From: Eledone cirrhosa | Lineage: Eukaryota | Assembly (NCBI GenBank): GCA_964016885.1 | Contig: OZ024765.1 | Span: 8,618,001 to 8,682,000 of the forward strand | Direction of reading: 5' to 3' | DNA: 64,000 nt | Shown: positions 1 through 14,249 of the stretch, one piece after another | Layout of the letters: every line of letters starts with the position of its first letter | How positions within the stretch are numbered: position 1 is the first letter of the stretch | The notes under the pieces: model-generated | Told to the model about the DNA's origin: nothing | What the model saw: only the letters and a program-made list of their open reading frames with translations | Databases searched by the model: none | Made by a program: the position numbers and the translations under genes

Positions 1-23
1 TCATATGTGTGTATATATATATA

Positions 24-55
<32 letters not shown>

Positions 56-434
56 ATATAAGATCAAAAGCTGGTTAAAGGAGTTCCATGTATTTTATAT
101 ATAATCTACATTATCCATGTATGTGGCAGCTTGATTTTTTTAAATAATATATGTGTAGATATATATCATATGTATATTTTTATATCATATGAGTGTATAT
201 ATATAAATATGTATACATAATGAGTGAGTGTATATATATATATATATATATAAATAATTTACATTATGGTCTCATATCTATTTAAGTTGTAGCTTGATTT
301 TTTTTAATAAATTATATATCATGTGAGTGTGTGTGTATATATATGTGTGTGTATATATATGTGTGTGTGTATATATGTGTGTGTGTGTATATATATATGT
401 GTGTATATATTGTGTGTATATTGTATATGTGTGT

Positions 435-546
435 GTGGCTGAGTGGTTAGAGAATTGGAGTCACAATCGTGAGGTTGTGAGTTCAATTCCCAGACCGGGC
501 GATGCGTTATGTCCTTGAGCAAGACACTTTATTTCACGTTGCTCCT
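435..546 (+). mobile_element. tRNA-derived SINE, 5' head and core only
   Basis: A-box TGGCTGAGTGG, B-box GAGTTCAATTC, then CCTTGAGCAAGACACTTTATTTCAC as in the full copies at 4812 and 20151. Confidence 0.8.
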
Positions 547-837
547 TCTACCTGGATTTGCTACCAATAGATAGTATTAGCAACTGGAAAGACCAATGGA
601 AACATTGCTTCCTCGGTCCGATTTGACGAAAGTTGGTTGATCCTTTTTTTTTATATATATATACAAGTGTGTGTGTATATATATATATATATGTGTGTGT
701 GTGTATGTATATATGTGTATGTGTGTGTATATATGTGTGTGTATATAAATATGTGTGCGTGTATGTGTGTGTGTGTGTATGTGTATGTGTGTGTCTATAT
801 GTGTGTGTGTATATATCTATATACATATATATGCGTA

Positions 838-897
<60 letters not shown>

Positions 898-1031
898 TAT
901 GTGTATGTGTGTGTATATATATATATGTGTGTGTGTGTGTATATATATATATATGTGTATGTGTGTGTATATATGCGTGTGTATATAAATGTGTGCGTGT
1001 GTGTGTATGTGTGTGTGTGTGTGTGTCTATA

Positions 1032-1065
<34 letters not shown>

Positions 1066-1406
1066 CATATATATGCGTATGTGTGTGTATATATAGGACA
1101 TTTAAATAAATCTAAGGTAAAAGACGATTTGTCAACAATATCTTTTGCATTCGCATTCTTTATTCTATGTCCATACCTGCATTGTTTTGGCTTTATTATA
1201 CATATTCAAACGTTTATATATATATATATACATATATACATATATATGTGTATGTGTGTGTATATATATATATTCTTTGCTTAAACTTTAATCTGTTATT
1301 TTAATAAATATTTGCTCTAGGGTTCTTATATATTTGATATATATTTATTCTTATCGAGCCCTCTTTGGATTTTAGTCTTCACATTTATTATTATTATTAT
1401 TACTAT

Positions 1407-1522
1407 TGAGTTCAAATCCCACCGAGGTTAACTTTGCCATTCATCCTTACGGGGTCGATAAAATAAAGTACCAGTAATGCACTGGAGTAATTGCTGGCCT
1501 TGTGCCAAAAGTAGAAACAATT
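1407..1522 (+). mobile_element. second SINE family, 3' part (Nin/Deu-like central domain)
   Basis: GAGTTCAAATCCC B-box followed by CTTTGCC.TTCATCCTTACGGGGTCGATAAAATAAAGTACCAG; same block at 14655 and 60325. Confidence 0.7.
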
Positions 1523-1529
1523 ATTATAT

Positions 1530-2340
1530 ATATCGTATGAGTGTATATATATATATATATATATATGTGTGTTTGTGTGTATATATGAGTGAGTGTATAT
1601 ATAAATAAATAATCATCATTATGGGCTTATATACATGTAAGCTGTAGCTTGATTTTTTGTGTAGATATGTGTAGATATATATATCATAGGAGTGTATATA
1701 TATATATATATGTGTTTGTGTGTATATATGAGTGAGTGTATATATAAATAAATAATCATCATTATGGGCTTATATACATGTAAGTTGTAGCTTGATTTTT
1801 TGTGTAGATATGTGTAGATATATATATCATAGGAGTGTATATATATATATATATATATGTGTTTGTGTGTATATATGAGTGAGTGTATATATAAATAAAT
1901 AATCATCATTATGGGCTTATATCCATGTAAGTTGTAGCTTGATTTTTTGTGTAGATATGCGTAGATATATATATCATAAGAGTGTATATATATATATATA
2001 TATGTGTGTTTGTGTGTATATATGAGTGAGTGTATATATAAATAAATAATCATCATTATGGGCTTATATCCATGTAAGTTGTAGCTTGATTTTTTGTGTA
2101 GATATGTGTAGATATATATATCATAAGAGTGTATATATATATGTGTGTTTGTGTGTATATATGAGTGAGTGTATATATAAATAAATAATCATCATTATGG
2201 GCTTATATCCATGTAAGCTGTAGCTTGATTTTTTGTGTAGATATGTGTAGATATAGATATCATATGAGTGTATATATATATAAATATATATGTGTGTGTG
2301 TGTGAGTGCATATATTTTATATATCATGTATTTATATATA
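1530..2340. repeat. tandem repeat, ~140-148 bp unit, ~5.5 copies, with embedded TA microsatellite
   Basis: TCATCATTATGGGCTTATAT recurs at ~1613, 1755, 1903, 2050, 2188; degenerate copies at ~100-330. Confidence 0.9.
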
Positions 2341-2549
2341 TATATATGTGTGTGTGAATGAGTGTATATATATAGGAATAATCTGGAATATAGTCTCATA
2401 TCCATGTAAGTGAAGTCTTCTTTTTTATATATACATGACTTATATATACATCATGTGTATAATTATATTACATGGGTATATATTTATCGTGTATCTGTAA
2501 ATATTGTGTATATATATATTTGTGTCAGTGCATATATATATATATTGTC

Positions 2550-2591
<42 letters not shown>

Positions 2592-2739
2592 GCACACACA
2601 CATACATATGTATATATATATATATATATATGATGCTGTATGAGTGTGTGTATGTGTGAACATGTGTATATATGTGTGTGTATATATATACTTGTCATAT
2701 CACTGTGAACTTCTTTTTTATATTATATAAATGTATGTG

Positions 2740-2806
<67 letters not shown>

Positions 2807-2836
2807 TACATGTGTGTGTATACATATATGTTTGAG

Positions 2837-2899
<63 letters not shown>

Positions 2900-2908
2900 A
2901 TATTTATA

Positions 2909-3009
2909 CAGGGTGTCCCCCCAAAATATATACACACTTTGATTACCTGTACAGGGAATATTTATTAGAATGCTATTGAAGTATGTATATATTTTTTCGG
3001 GACACCCTG
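2909..3009. mobile_element. Tc1/mariner-type MITE (~100 bp)
   Basis: TA|CAGGGTGTCCC ... GGGACACCCTG|TA: terminal inverted repeats with TA target duplication. Confidence 0.8.
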
Positions 3010-3299
3010 TATCTCTATATATATGTATATGTGTGTATATATATATATATGTGTGTGTATATATATATGTGTATATATGTGTATATATATATATGTGTAT
3101 ATATATATATATATGTGTATATATATATGTGTGTATATATATATATGTGTGTATATATATATATGTGTGTATATATATATATATATGTATATATATGTGT
3201 ATATATGTGTATATATATGTATTTATCTATATCACTATCGCGGATGGATATACTACAATGGATTATAATACTACATGTAAGTGTGATGATTTTTTTATA

Positions 3300-4262
3300 T
3301 AGGTCATCTTGGGTCTCCCCACTCCGCGGTTTCTATCGACTTCTAGTGCTCTGCACCTTTTTATGCAGCTGTCATCCTTCATACGCATCACATGTCCATA
3401 CCAACGCAACCGCCTCTCCTGCACACAGCATTTGATTCCTCTTATGCTCAGTCTCTCTCTCAATTCATTTATGCTTTGCTGTTCGCGTATATTACTGTTA
3501 CACATCCATCGGAGCATGCAGGCTTCGTTTCTTTCTAATCTGCGCAAGTCTTCTACAGACAGCGCCCAGGTCTCACTACCATGCAACATCGCTGTTTGTA
3601 TACACGCATCATACAGTCTGCCTTTCATTTTGAGGGAAAAGCCTTTTGCAGCTAGCAGTGGCAGTAGCTTCCTGAACTTCTTCCATCCCGTTCTTGCCCT
3701 AGTTATTGTACTTTCCAAACACCCACCTCCGCTGCTAATTCGGTCACCTAGGTAGCAGAAGCTGTCTACTGTTTCTACAGAGCCCTCCCAGAGTTTGGTG
3801 GTACTTGTTTCCTGTGGCTGTTTGCTGCTTGCTGTCCCAGCACAGCTGCTGCATGTGAAGCCTACATTCTTAGTTAAGCTTCCTGAGATCCCGCTACATC
3901 TCTTATGTACCCATTGTTTGCATTTGGGGCAGAGAATGGAGTTCCTACCTACACCTTTCCTACATACTGATCAAGGCCATTTCCCTGAGGGGATCTGGGT
4001 TCTGTTTTCTCGTCTACTTACAAGGACCTTAGTTTTTATCAGGTTGATTTTGAGACCCTTTCTTTCTAGTCCCTGCTTCCAAGTTTGGAATTTCTTCTCT
4101 AGTTCTACCATAGATTCAGCTATAAGTGTGAGGTCATCTGCATACAGGAGTTCCCATGGGCATCTGGTCTTAAACTCCTCACAATCTTGAAAACCTCCTG
4201 TTTCTGGTCCTCATGTTGCAAAACATGCTTGAATTTTATATCCTCTGCTTCCCTCCTAGCTA
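3300..4262 (-). mobile_element. RTE-clade LINE fragment (RT C-terminal half, degraded, internally rearranged)
   Basis: ELLYADDL, PHD-like Cys cluster, [28 protein letters not shown] motifs. Confidence 0.9.
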
Positions 4263-4317
4263 AGTATATACATATATATATATAAATATATATATGTATA
4301 TATATATATATAGAGAG

Positions 4318-4489
4318 AGAGATTACAATAATCAAAGTTCAGTTTAAGTCATTTATTTGCTTACAATTGTTTCCTCCAAACCGAGGTTTGGATTATTCGG
4401 AGCAACTCGAAGAATCCAAACCTCGGTTTGGAGGAAACAATTGTAAGCAAATAAATGACTTAAACTGAACTTTGATTATTGTAATCTCT
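4318..4489. ncRNA. near-perfect 170-bp palindrome carrying two head-to-head hammerhead-like motifs (CCGAAGA-type core)
   Basis: minus: TTGCT-CCGAATA-A TCCAAACC TC GGTTTGGA G-GAAAC AATT GT A-AGCAA; plus arm has CGAAGA with the same stems II and III. Confidence 0.55.
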
Positions 4490-4661
4490 ATATAACTGCT
4501 CTGTAAAACAACTGATGTTATTACATTGAGCTATTTATCTTACTGGTAATAGGATAGTAATTAATGACTATCTTTCACTATTTAAGGTTTGTATATATAA
4601 TATATTACCATTAAAGGTTTTATTAATACTATATATATATTTATATATAAATATTTATATA

Positions 4662-5128
<467 letters not shown>

Positions 5129-5151
5129 AAATATATATATATATATATGTG

Positions 5152-5202
<51 letters not shown>

Positions 5203-5647
5203 ATATGTATATATGTATATATATATACATGTATATATATATATACATGTATATATGTATATATATATATATACATGTATATATATATATACATGTATAT
5301 ATATATATACATGTATACATATATATATATATATGTATATATATATGTATATATATATGTATATATATATGTATATATATATATATGTGTATATATATAT
5401 GAATATAAATATATATATGTATATATATATGTGTATATATATATGAATATAAATATATGTATATATATACATGTATATATATATATATGTATATGTATAT
5501 ATATATTTATATATATATACATGTTATTTATTTATTATATACATGTTATTTATTTATTATATTTATTATATAACTATATATAGTAATAATAATATATTTG
5601 AAGACTAAAATCCAAAGATAAGGATAAATATATATCAAATATATAAG

Positions 5648-6935
5648 AACCGTAGAATCAATAGCTGAACTAGAGAAGAAATTCCAAACATGGAAGCATG
5701 GCCTAGAATCAAAAGGCCTTAAAATTAACCCCTCTAAGACTAAAGTTCTAGTTTGTAGGAAGGAAAATAGGGCACTGGTCCCATCTGGGAAATGGCTATG
5801 CTCAGTGTGTAGGAAAGGAGTAGGCAGAAACTCCATTTTATGTCCCAAATGCAAAGTATGGGTGCATAAAAGATGTAGTGGGATCACAGGTAAGCTAACT
5901 AAGAATGTAGATTTTATATGTGGCCGGTGCTCAGGTGCAATAAGTAGCAGCAAGTGCCCACAGAATACTAGCTCATTCCATTGCACAGATGGTTCTATAG
6001 AAATAGTGGACACCTTCCGTTACCTGGGTGACAAAATCAACAGTGGTGGAGGGTGTCCTGAAAGTACAGTAGCTAGAGTCAGAACGGGATGGAAAAAGTT
6101 CAGAGAGCTTATACCACTATTGGCCGCTAAAAGGTTCTCTCTAAAAATGAAAGGCAGGCTGTATGATGCCTGCATATGAACAGCAATGTTACATGGCAGT
6201 GAGACCTGGGCATTGTGTGCAGAGGATATATGCAGACTGGAGAGGAACGAAGCTTGCATGCTCCGTTGGATGTGTAATAGTAATATACGTGAACGGCAAA
6301 GCATAAATGAACTAAGGGAGAAATTAGGAATAAGCGGGATCAGATGTTGTTTACTCGAGAGAAGACTACATTGGTATGGTCACCTGATGCGCATGAAAGA
6401 CGACAGCTGTATAAAAAAGTGCAGGGCGATAAAAACAGATGGTAGCCACGGAGTAGGCAGACCCAGAAAAACCTGGGATGACTTGATAAATTCCGGCCTC
6501 ACACACTTACACCTCTCCAAGACAATGTCACTGGACCGAGATCTTTGGCGCTCCACAGTAATACAGAAGACCCACCTTGCTTAAGTACAAAGCGAAACCT
6601 ACAGTCAGTAGGTACCTCTAACAAAAATACACACCCATCCCACCACCCCCACCCCATCCACACCACCCCTTACGATGTAAAGTTATGTTGGTACCACAGC
6701 ATCCAGTCCTAAATAAATGAGGTCGTGTAGGTGTCACAAAAAAAAAAAACACACAGTCCACGCTGTAATGTGGTCGTGTAGGTAACACGGTAAAAACCTC
6801 CCAGTCCACACTGTAAACGTGGATGGTGTTAGGAAAGGCATCCAGCCGTAGAAAACCCGCCAGACAGTCCTATGCAAGCAAGACAACCAATCTTGCCTCA
6901 AGTGGGAAAATTCCCGTCCAAACCCATGCAAGCGT
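5648..6935 (+). mobile_element. RTE-clade LINE 3' fragment with 3' UTR
   Basis: [58 protein letters not shown]; one in-frame stop. Confidence 0.9.
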
Positions 6936-7326
6936 GGACTGTCTGGCGGGTTTTCTACGGCTGGATGCCCTTCCTAACACCAACCACGTTTACAGTGTGG
7001 ACTGGGAGGTTTTTACCGTGTTACCTACACGGCCACATTACAGCGTCGACTGTGTGTTTTTTTGTCGTGACACCTACACGATCTCATTTGTTTCGGACTG
7101 GATGTTGTGGTACCAACATAACTTTACATTGAAAGGGGTGGTGTGGATGGGCTTGGGGTAGTGGGACGGGGGTGTATATTTGTTAGAGGTGTCTACTGAC
7201 TGTAGTAGGTTTCACTTTGTACTTAGGTAAGGCGGGTCTTCTGTATTACTGTGTAGCGACAAAGATCTCGGTCCAGTGACATTGTCTTGAGAGGTGTAAG
7301 TGTGTGAAATCGGAATTTATCAAGTA
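6936..7326 (-). mobile_element. inverted RTE 3' end forming a foldback with 6480-6868
   Basis: reverse complement of the preceding 3' UTR and ORF end, moderately diverged. Confidence 0.85.
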
Positions 7327-7619
7327 AGAATATGTACAGAATAACAAGGTAACAAGCAATGGTACTAAGCATATATAACACAGTATGTCAAGGGTAGCAC
7401 ATAATACAATACAGGTATAAAAGCATATTGAGCAGGCAGAGATGCTTGGGTATGAAAAGCAGTTTCTATGAAGTTTCTATGTATATATATATATAGAGAG
7501 AGGAGAAAAAGTCATCTATCTTTCAAGAAATGTCTAGCATTTTGTACACACACACATATATATATATTCTTGAGAAGTTCACTTCTAAACCATATAGTTC
7601 AGGGAAACATATTTATATA

Positions 7620-7747
<128 letters not shown>

Positions 7748-7816
7748 TATATATTAAAACAACAGAGAACCTGACTGGAAAATCTACTTAGAATTTTAAT
7801 TCAGCGAAATCTCTAT

Positions 7817-7866
<50 letters not shown>

Positions 7867-7961
7867 TCATCATCACCATTTTACATCCGTTCTTCAACGC
7901 TAGCATGGGTTAGACGGGTTGTTCTGTTGTGGGCAGTGTCCGGTCGGCTGACCTTGTCTTG

Positions 7962-7998
<37 letters not shown>

Positions 7999-8011
7999 TT
8001 AATATAGATGA

Positions 8012-8060
8012 GATTCTAGAGGACTAGAACTGTTTCATTCATTAGAAATCATCAGGAATC
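8012..8060 (-). ncRNA. hammerhead ribozyme motif (family of 18229-18328)
   Basis: GATTC-CTGATGA-TTTCTAATGAAT-GAAACAG..CTCTA-GAATC; one stem III mismatch relative to the 18280 copy. Confidence 0.6.
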
Positions 8061-8253
8061 GTTATACTCTGCTATGTATTAAAACTGTTATACTCTGCTA
8101 TGTATTGAGTACCTTACTTACTGTGGTTACCTCCGATTCAACCCGGAATAACGTATATATATATATATATATATATAAAACAAACGAAATGTGGTAAGGA
8201 ACCAGGTGGACCATAATGCACCAAAGTACTCAATACTTAGGGTAGTAGAGTGG

Positions 8254-8287
8254 GTAATATATATATATATACATTTATATATATATT

Positions 8288-8380
<93 letters not shown>

Positions 8381-8391
8381 TTATATACATT

Positions 8392-8431
<40 letters not shown>

Positions 8432-8451
8432 CATTTATATATATATATATT

Positions 8452-8484
<33 letters not shown>

Positions 8485-8493
8485 TTATATATT

Positions 8494-8552
<59 letters not shown>

Positions 8553-8962
8553 TTATATATATATATATATATATTTATATTAGAAAGTGAGTTTTTTTTT
8601 ACAAAATGAAAAATAACCGAGGTGTCCTACACGAGTGAAAGTATAAAGAAAAAGAGATCAAATCGAAAATGCAACTAGAGTCTTATTTTTTAAAAAATAT
8701 ATATATTTCTCACATGTGTGAGAAAAACCACAGACCCTCCATCTCAACTCACCTTTTGAAAAGCAGAAGAACTGCGAAACCGGTAAAGGAACCAAATAAA
8801 TATATATATTTTAAAAAAAATAAGACTCCAGTTGCATTTTCGATTTCATCTCTTTTTCTTTATATATTTATATATATATATATATTTATATATATAAATA
8901 TGAATATATATATATATATATTTATATATATTTATATATATATATATTTATATTTATATATA

Positions 8963-9031
<69 letters not shown>

Positions 9032-9072
9032 TTATATATATATATATATATTTATATATTTATATACATATA

Positions 9073-9120
<48 letters not shown>

Positions 9121-9136
9121 TATATATATATATATT

Positions 9137-9229
<93 letters not shown>

Positions 9230-9233
9230 ATAT

Positions 9234-9264
<31 letters not shown>

Positions 9265-9524
9265 ATTTATATATATATTTATATATATATATTTATATAT
9301 ATATATTATATATATATCTATATTTATATATATATATATTTATATATATATTTATATATATATACTTATATATAGTAGTGTCCAATACGGATTGGACACT
9401 ACTGTACATTTTGGTAGATTTATCTACATATATTTATATATATATATTTATATATATATATATTTATATATATAAATATATATTTATATATATAAATATA
9501 TATTTATATTTATATATATATATT

Positions 9525-9555
<31 letters not shown>

Positions 9556-9662
9556 ATTTATATATATAAATATATATTTATATATATAAATATATATTTA
9601 TATATATAAATATATATTTATATATATAAATATATATTTACATATATATATATATATATATA
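8254..9662. repeat. (TA)n/(TATTTA)n microsatellite tracts with short inserted elements
   Basis: direct inspection. Confidence 0.95.
8752..8789 (+). ncRNA. minimal hammerhead ribozyme with U3-A8 core variant
   Basis: CCTT-TTGAAAA-GCAG AAGAA CTGC-GAAAC CG GT A-AAGG; all three stems pair, stem III palindromic (ACCGGT). Confidence 0.65.
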
Positions 9663-10140
9663 CTAGCAGAAAAAAACCACCCTTGGGGTGGTTTTCTGGT
9701 AGCATGTGTAGTGTGTATATTGATATTATGCGCAGATATATATACATGTAGATATGATACATCAAATAACTTCGTAATTGACAATATACACAGAAATTAA
9801 ACGAAGACTGCGTTACACTGTCTTATGTAATCAGTAAAGTAATCCATGAGACATTAAAAAGAGACTATTATGTATAAACTGCATTAGGAGATTATTAGTG
9901 ACAGAAATATGTGAATATTTATTTAAACCATCGCCACCGGAAGTGTTGACATTTGAAAATTTTAAAGAAGTGAATCTTTAAATAAGTAATAAAATATATT
10001 TAATGAACAGCCACGAAATTTAGTAGATAATTTATGTAATATTCATTCATTATTTATTCAAAGTAATCCAATTTATTTTACTAATGGGATAAAAAATTAT
10101 AAACCGTACACTGTCCCGTGCTTCTTACTTTATTATAGTT
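9663..10140 (-). mobile_element. non-autonomous Helitron-like element (~480 bp)
   Basis: 3' hairpin AGAAAA(A)CCACC..GGTGGTTTTCT then CTAG|T; 5' ACTATAATAAA; second copy at 35928-36407. Confidence 0.7.
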
Positions 10141-10171
<31 letters not shown>

Positions 10172-10217
10172 TATATATATACAATATATATATATACATA
10201 CAATATATACATAGAAT

Positions 10218-10478
10218 GGAGGCATATGGCTTAGTGGTTAGAACCTTGGGCTTGCAGTCCAAAGGTTGTGGGTTCAATTCTCAGACCGGGTGATGTGTTG
10301 TTTCCTTGAGCAAGACACTTTATTTCACATTGCTCCAGTTTACTCAGCTGTAGAAATGAGATGATAGGGACTGGGGTCCCTATCATTCCACTGCACCCTG
10401 GAGGTGCCATGGCAAAAAAAGCACCCAGCACTCACTGTAAATGAGGTTGGTGTTAGGAAGGGCATCCAGCTGTAGAAA
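10218..10478 (+). mobile_element. tRNA-derived SINE, 3'-truncated
   Basis: same head, core and tail as 4812 and 20151. Confidence 0.88.
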
Positions 10479-10814
10479 AAAGGTATGGCACGCAATATCG
10501 TCTACAAAAAGGTGCTACAGATGTTGGTGCAGGTGTTGGAGATGCTGGAGCTATGCCGTCTGGAACACTATTTCCTGGTAGGGTCACCCATGGCGGACAG
10601 ATCTGACACCCAGCGTCATCAGGGCCACCATCTTGCAACTTTGGTCTGCTAAATTCGCTATTGGAAGATTATTAACCCATCATTGATTGTCCAAAATGCT
10701 AATTGGTTTGTAACTTTTAATAACCAGTTCAACTGCTTTATGCACTTAATTGATAAGCTTATTCGCTTTCAAGCCACGTTTACCTGTATGTAACTTTTCA
10801 TAGCAAATGAACAA

Positions 10815-10843
10815 ACCCGAGCAACGCCGGGCTAAACTGCTAG
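10815..10843 (+). mobile_element. Helitron 3' terminus
   Basis: CCCGAGCAACGCCGGG hairpin followed by CTAG|T; 5' boundary not identified. Confidence 0.55.
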
Positions 10844-10861
10844 TATATATATATATATATA

Positions 10862-11500
10862 TTCTCACTACCATGTAACATTGTTGTTCGTATGCACACA
10901 TCATACGTCTGCCTTTCATTTTGAGGGAAAAGCCTTTTGTAGCCAGCAGTGGTAGTAGGTCTCTGAACTTCTTCCATCCGGTTTTCATCCTGGCTACTGT
11001 ATTTTCAGAACACCCACCTTTGCTGCTAATTTGGTCACCAAGGTAGCAAAAGCCGTCCACTGTTTCTACCGAGCCCTACCAGAATTTGATAACACTTGTT
11101 TCCTGTGGTCTTTTGCAGTTTACTGCTCTGGGGTAGCGGCTACAATGTAAAATCTATGTTCTTCGCTAAACTGCCTGAGATTCATGGTGATAGAAACTAT
11201 CAACTACTTCTAAGGAGTCCTCGGAGCATTCAATAGCGCTTGTTTCCTGTGAGCTCTTACTGTTCCTGAGATCCCACTACATCTCTTGTGTATCCATAGT
11301 TCACATTTGGGACATAGGATGGACCTACACCTTTCCTACATACTGAGCAAGGCCATTTCCCTGAGAGGGTCTGGGTTCTGTTTTCTCTTCTACTTACTAG
11401 GACCTTAGTCTTTGTCAGGTTGACTCTAAGACACTTTGTTTCTAGGCCAGGCTGCCAGGTTAGGAATTTCTTTTCTAGTTCTACCATAAACTCAGCTATA
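10862..11500 (-). mobile_element. RTE-clade LINE fragment (degraded)
   Basis: WPCSVCRKGVG, FCYLGD, GWKKFRDLLPLL. Confidence 0.85.
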
Positions 11501-11567
11501 TGAATATATATATATATATATATCAGTTCCCGTCCCACCCTTGCAAGCAGGGAAAAGTGGACGTAAA

Positions 11568-11602
<35 letters not shown>

Positions 11603-11910
11603 ATCCCCAAAAGAAGGAGAATCAGTGTTGTGACAAATGGAATTTATTGGACATATTACATTCGTTTCTCTGGCGACCAGCTCTAAGCATCCAACACCAA
11701 TTATATATATAGATATAGACATATATATTGAGTTAAAAACTCACATTAGTCCCTTATAATCAAAGTAGCTCAAGGAAAATATTTTCCGAGCCTTATAATA
11801 CAATTAAGGGAGACAAACACAGATATATAACTATGTGTTCCTTGTGATTTGAATGCATATATATATTTATGTATATATCTGTGTCTCTGTTTATTGTATT
11901 ATATATATAT

Positions 11911-12225
11911 CATCATCATCATCATCATCATTTTACGTCCGCTTTTCCCTGTTTGCAAGGGTTGGACGGGTCCTATTCAGCACAGCATCTCTCCACTTGT
12001 CACGGTCCTTCGTCATCTCCACCGTGAGCTTCAGCAATTTGAGGTCTGCTCTCACCACCCCCGCCCATGTTTTTCGTGGTCTACCTCTACCATGTCTTCC
12101 TTCAACTGGCATTTCTTCACCCATCGGTCATCCTCCATATGCATCACATGTCCATACCATCTCAGCCTTCTCTGCTGCACACCACAATTTATCCCTCTTA
12201 TACCCAGTTTCTTTAATGATGCCTC
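11911..12225 (-). mobile_element. RTE-clade LINE 3' end with (GAT)n tail
   Basis: [27 protein letters not shown], then GGACGTAAAATGATGATG. Confidence 0.85.
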
Positions 12226-12730
12226 CAGTCCACACTGTAAAGTGATCATGTAGGTGTCACAACAAAAAGCACCCAGTCCACACTGTAAAGTGGTCATGTA
12301 GGTGTCACAACAAAAAGCACCCAGTCCACACTGTAAAGTGGTCATGTAGGTGTCACAACAAAAAGTACCCAGTCCACACTGTAAAGTGGTCATGTAGGTG
12401 TCACAACAAAAAGCACCCAGTCCACACTGTAAAGTGGTCATGTAGGTGTCACAACAAAAAGCACCCAGTCCACACTGTAAAGTGGTCATGTAGGTGTCAC
12501 AACAAAAAGCACCCAGTCCACACTGTAAAGTGGTCATGTAGGTGTCACAACAAAAAGTACCCAGTCCACACTGTAAAGTGGTCATGTAGGTGTCACAACA
12601 AAAAGCACCCAGTCCACACTGTAAAGTGGTCGTGTAGGTGTCACAACAAACAGCACCCAGTCCACACTGTAAAGTGGTCGTGTAGGTGTCACAACAAACA
12701 GCACCCAGTCCACACTGTAAAGTGGTAATG
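12225..12730 (+). repeat. 48-bp minisatellite (~10.5 copies) derived from the SINE/LINE 3' UTR
   Basis: unit CCAGTCCACACTGTAAAGTGGTCATGTAGGTGTCACAACAAAAAGCAC matches the segment present once or twice in SINE and RTE tails. Confidence 0.9.
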
Positions 12731-13024
12731 TAACAACATTTACCACTTAGCCATAATAGAAAAGATATATATATATATATATATATATAACAAATAGTTT
12801 TACCGCTCTATTTTCACTAGCTCTGATAGTTGGCAGGTAAACAGTATACGGTACTGATGAAGGGTAATCACCCAGAAACATTAGTGTCTGCTGTTCTGTT
12901 TATATGCCAACACAAGAGCAAGAATGAAGGGGTCATTCTACTCACACAGATTTACATTTATATATATATATATATAGCATGGCTTCATTGGAAATTTAAG
13001 ACGCTGGTCTGAGACTTTTACTTC

Positions 13025-13059
13025 CCTCCGAAGAAGAGATATTATCTCGAAAATTAAGG
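13025..13059 (+). ncRNA. minimal hammerhead-like motif, U4C core
   Basis: CCT-CCGAAGA-A GAGAT ATT ATCTC-GAAAATTA-AGG. Confidence 0.45.
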
Positions 13060-13094
13060 ACATTTAAATAAATTCAAGGTGAAAGACGAATTCT

Positions 13095-13137
<43 letters not shown>

Positions 13138-13513
13138 GTAAGGATAGATTCAGTTTGAAACTGGGTAGACCGTTACTTACCAGAGTACTCAATACTTGGG
13201 GTAGGAGAGTATAGTTATATTATAAAGAATCCGGACCCCGACAACTGAGTTCAGCGATCGATGTCCAAAATCTGTATAAAATATATATATATATAGTTAT
13301 ATATCATCATCATCATCATCATCATCTTCATCTTCGTTTAAATAAGCACACAGTCAACCCCAGTTCCACACTGGTTGGCATTAGGAAGAGCATTCAACTT
13401 TAGAAACCAAATGAGAAATAGTTCTGTATGAGCAAGTTATGGTCACCTAACAACAGGACAACTTATCTAATTCAATGTAGCGTGGGAAAATGGACGTTAA
13501 ATGGTGATGGTGA

Positions 13514-13547
<34 letters not shown>

Positions 13548-13549
<2 letters not shown>

Positions 13550-13983
13550 TCATTATCATCGTTTTATGTCTGTTCTTCCACGCTAGCTTGGATTAAACAG
13601 GTTGTCTTGTTTTGGGCAGTGTCCAGTTGGCTGACCTTGCCTTGCTCATACGGGAACTGATTCTGGCTTGATTTCTACAGCTAGATGCCCTTCCTAACAC
13701 CAACCTCGTTTACAGTGAGTGCTGGGTGCTTTTTTGCCGTGGCACCTCCATGACCACTTTACAGTGTGGGCTGGGTGCTTTTTGCCATGGCATCTCCATG
13801 ACCACTTTACAGTGGAATGATAGGGACCCCAGTCCCTATCATCTTATTTCTATAGCTGAGTAAACTGGAGCAATGTGAAATAAAGTGTCTTGCTCAAGGA
13901 AACAACACATCACCCTGTCTGAGAATTGAACTCACGACCTTTTGATTGCAAGCCCAATGCTCAAACCACTAAGCCATGTGCCT
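13548..13983 (-). mobile_element. tRNA-derived SINE with long RTE tail
   Basis: reverse complement of head, core and tail; internal ~48-bp unit duplicated. Confidence 0.88.
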
Positions 13984-14211
13984 AGAAAATAAATAAGAGG
14001 AAGTGAGAAAGAGATAGAGAAAGGAAGAATCTAGTATTTGACAAATTGTCAGTCCACTCTGTAAATGTGGTTGGTCTTAGGAAGGGCATCCAGTCATAGA
14101 AACTCAGCCTGTTCTGTGTGATCAAAACACAGTCTTCCAATCTGCATCTCTCACAACAGGGCAACTCATCTAACCCATGCTAGCATAAAAAATGGTCGTC
14201 AAATGATGATG

Positions 14212-14249
<38 letters not shown>

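Noticed and set aside
11655-11700. Hammerhead-like motifs here and at ~58580 and ~60170
   Set aside because: Core incomplete or stem I unpaired; too degenerate to call.
12225-12730. CRISPR-like appearance of this and other regular arrays
   Set aside because: Units are contiguous with no unique spacers, there are no cas genes, and the context is eukaryotic.
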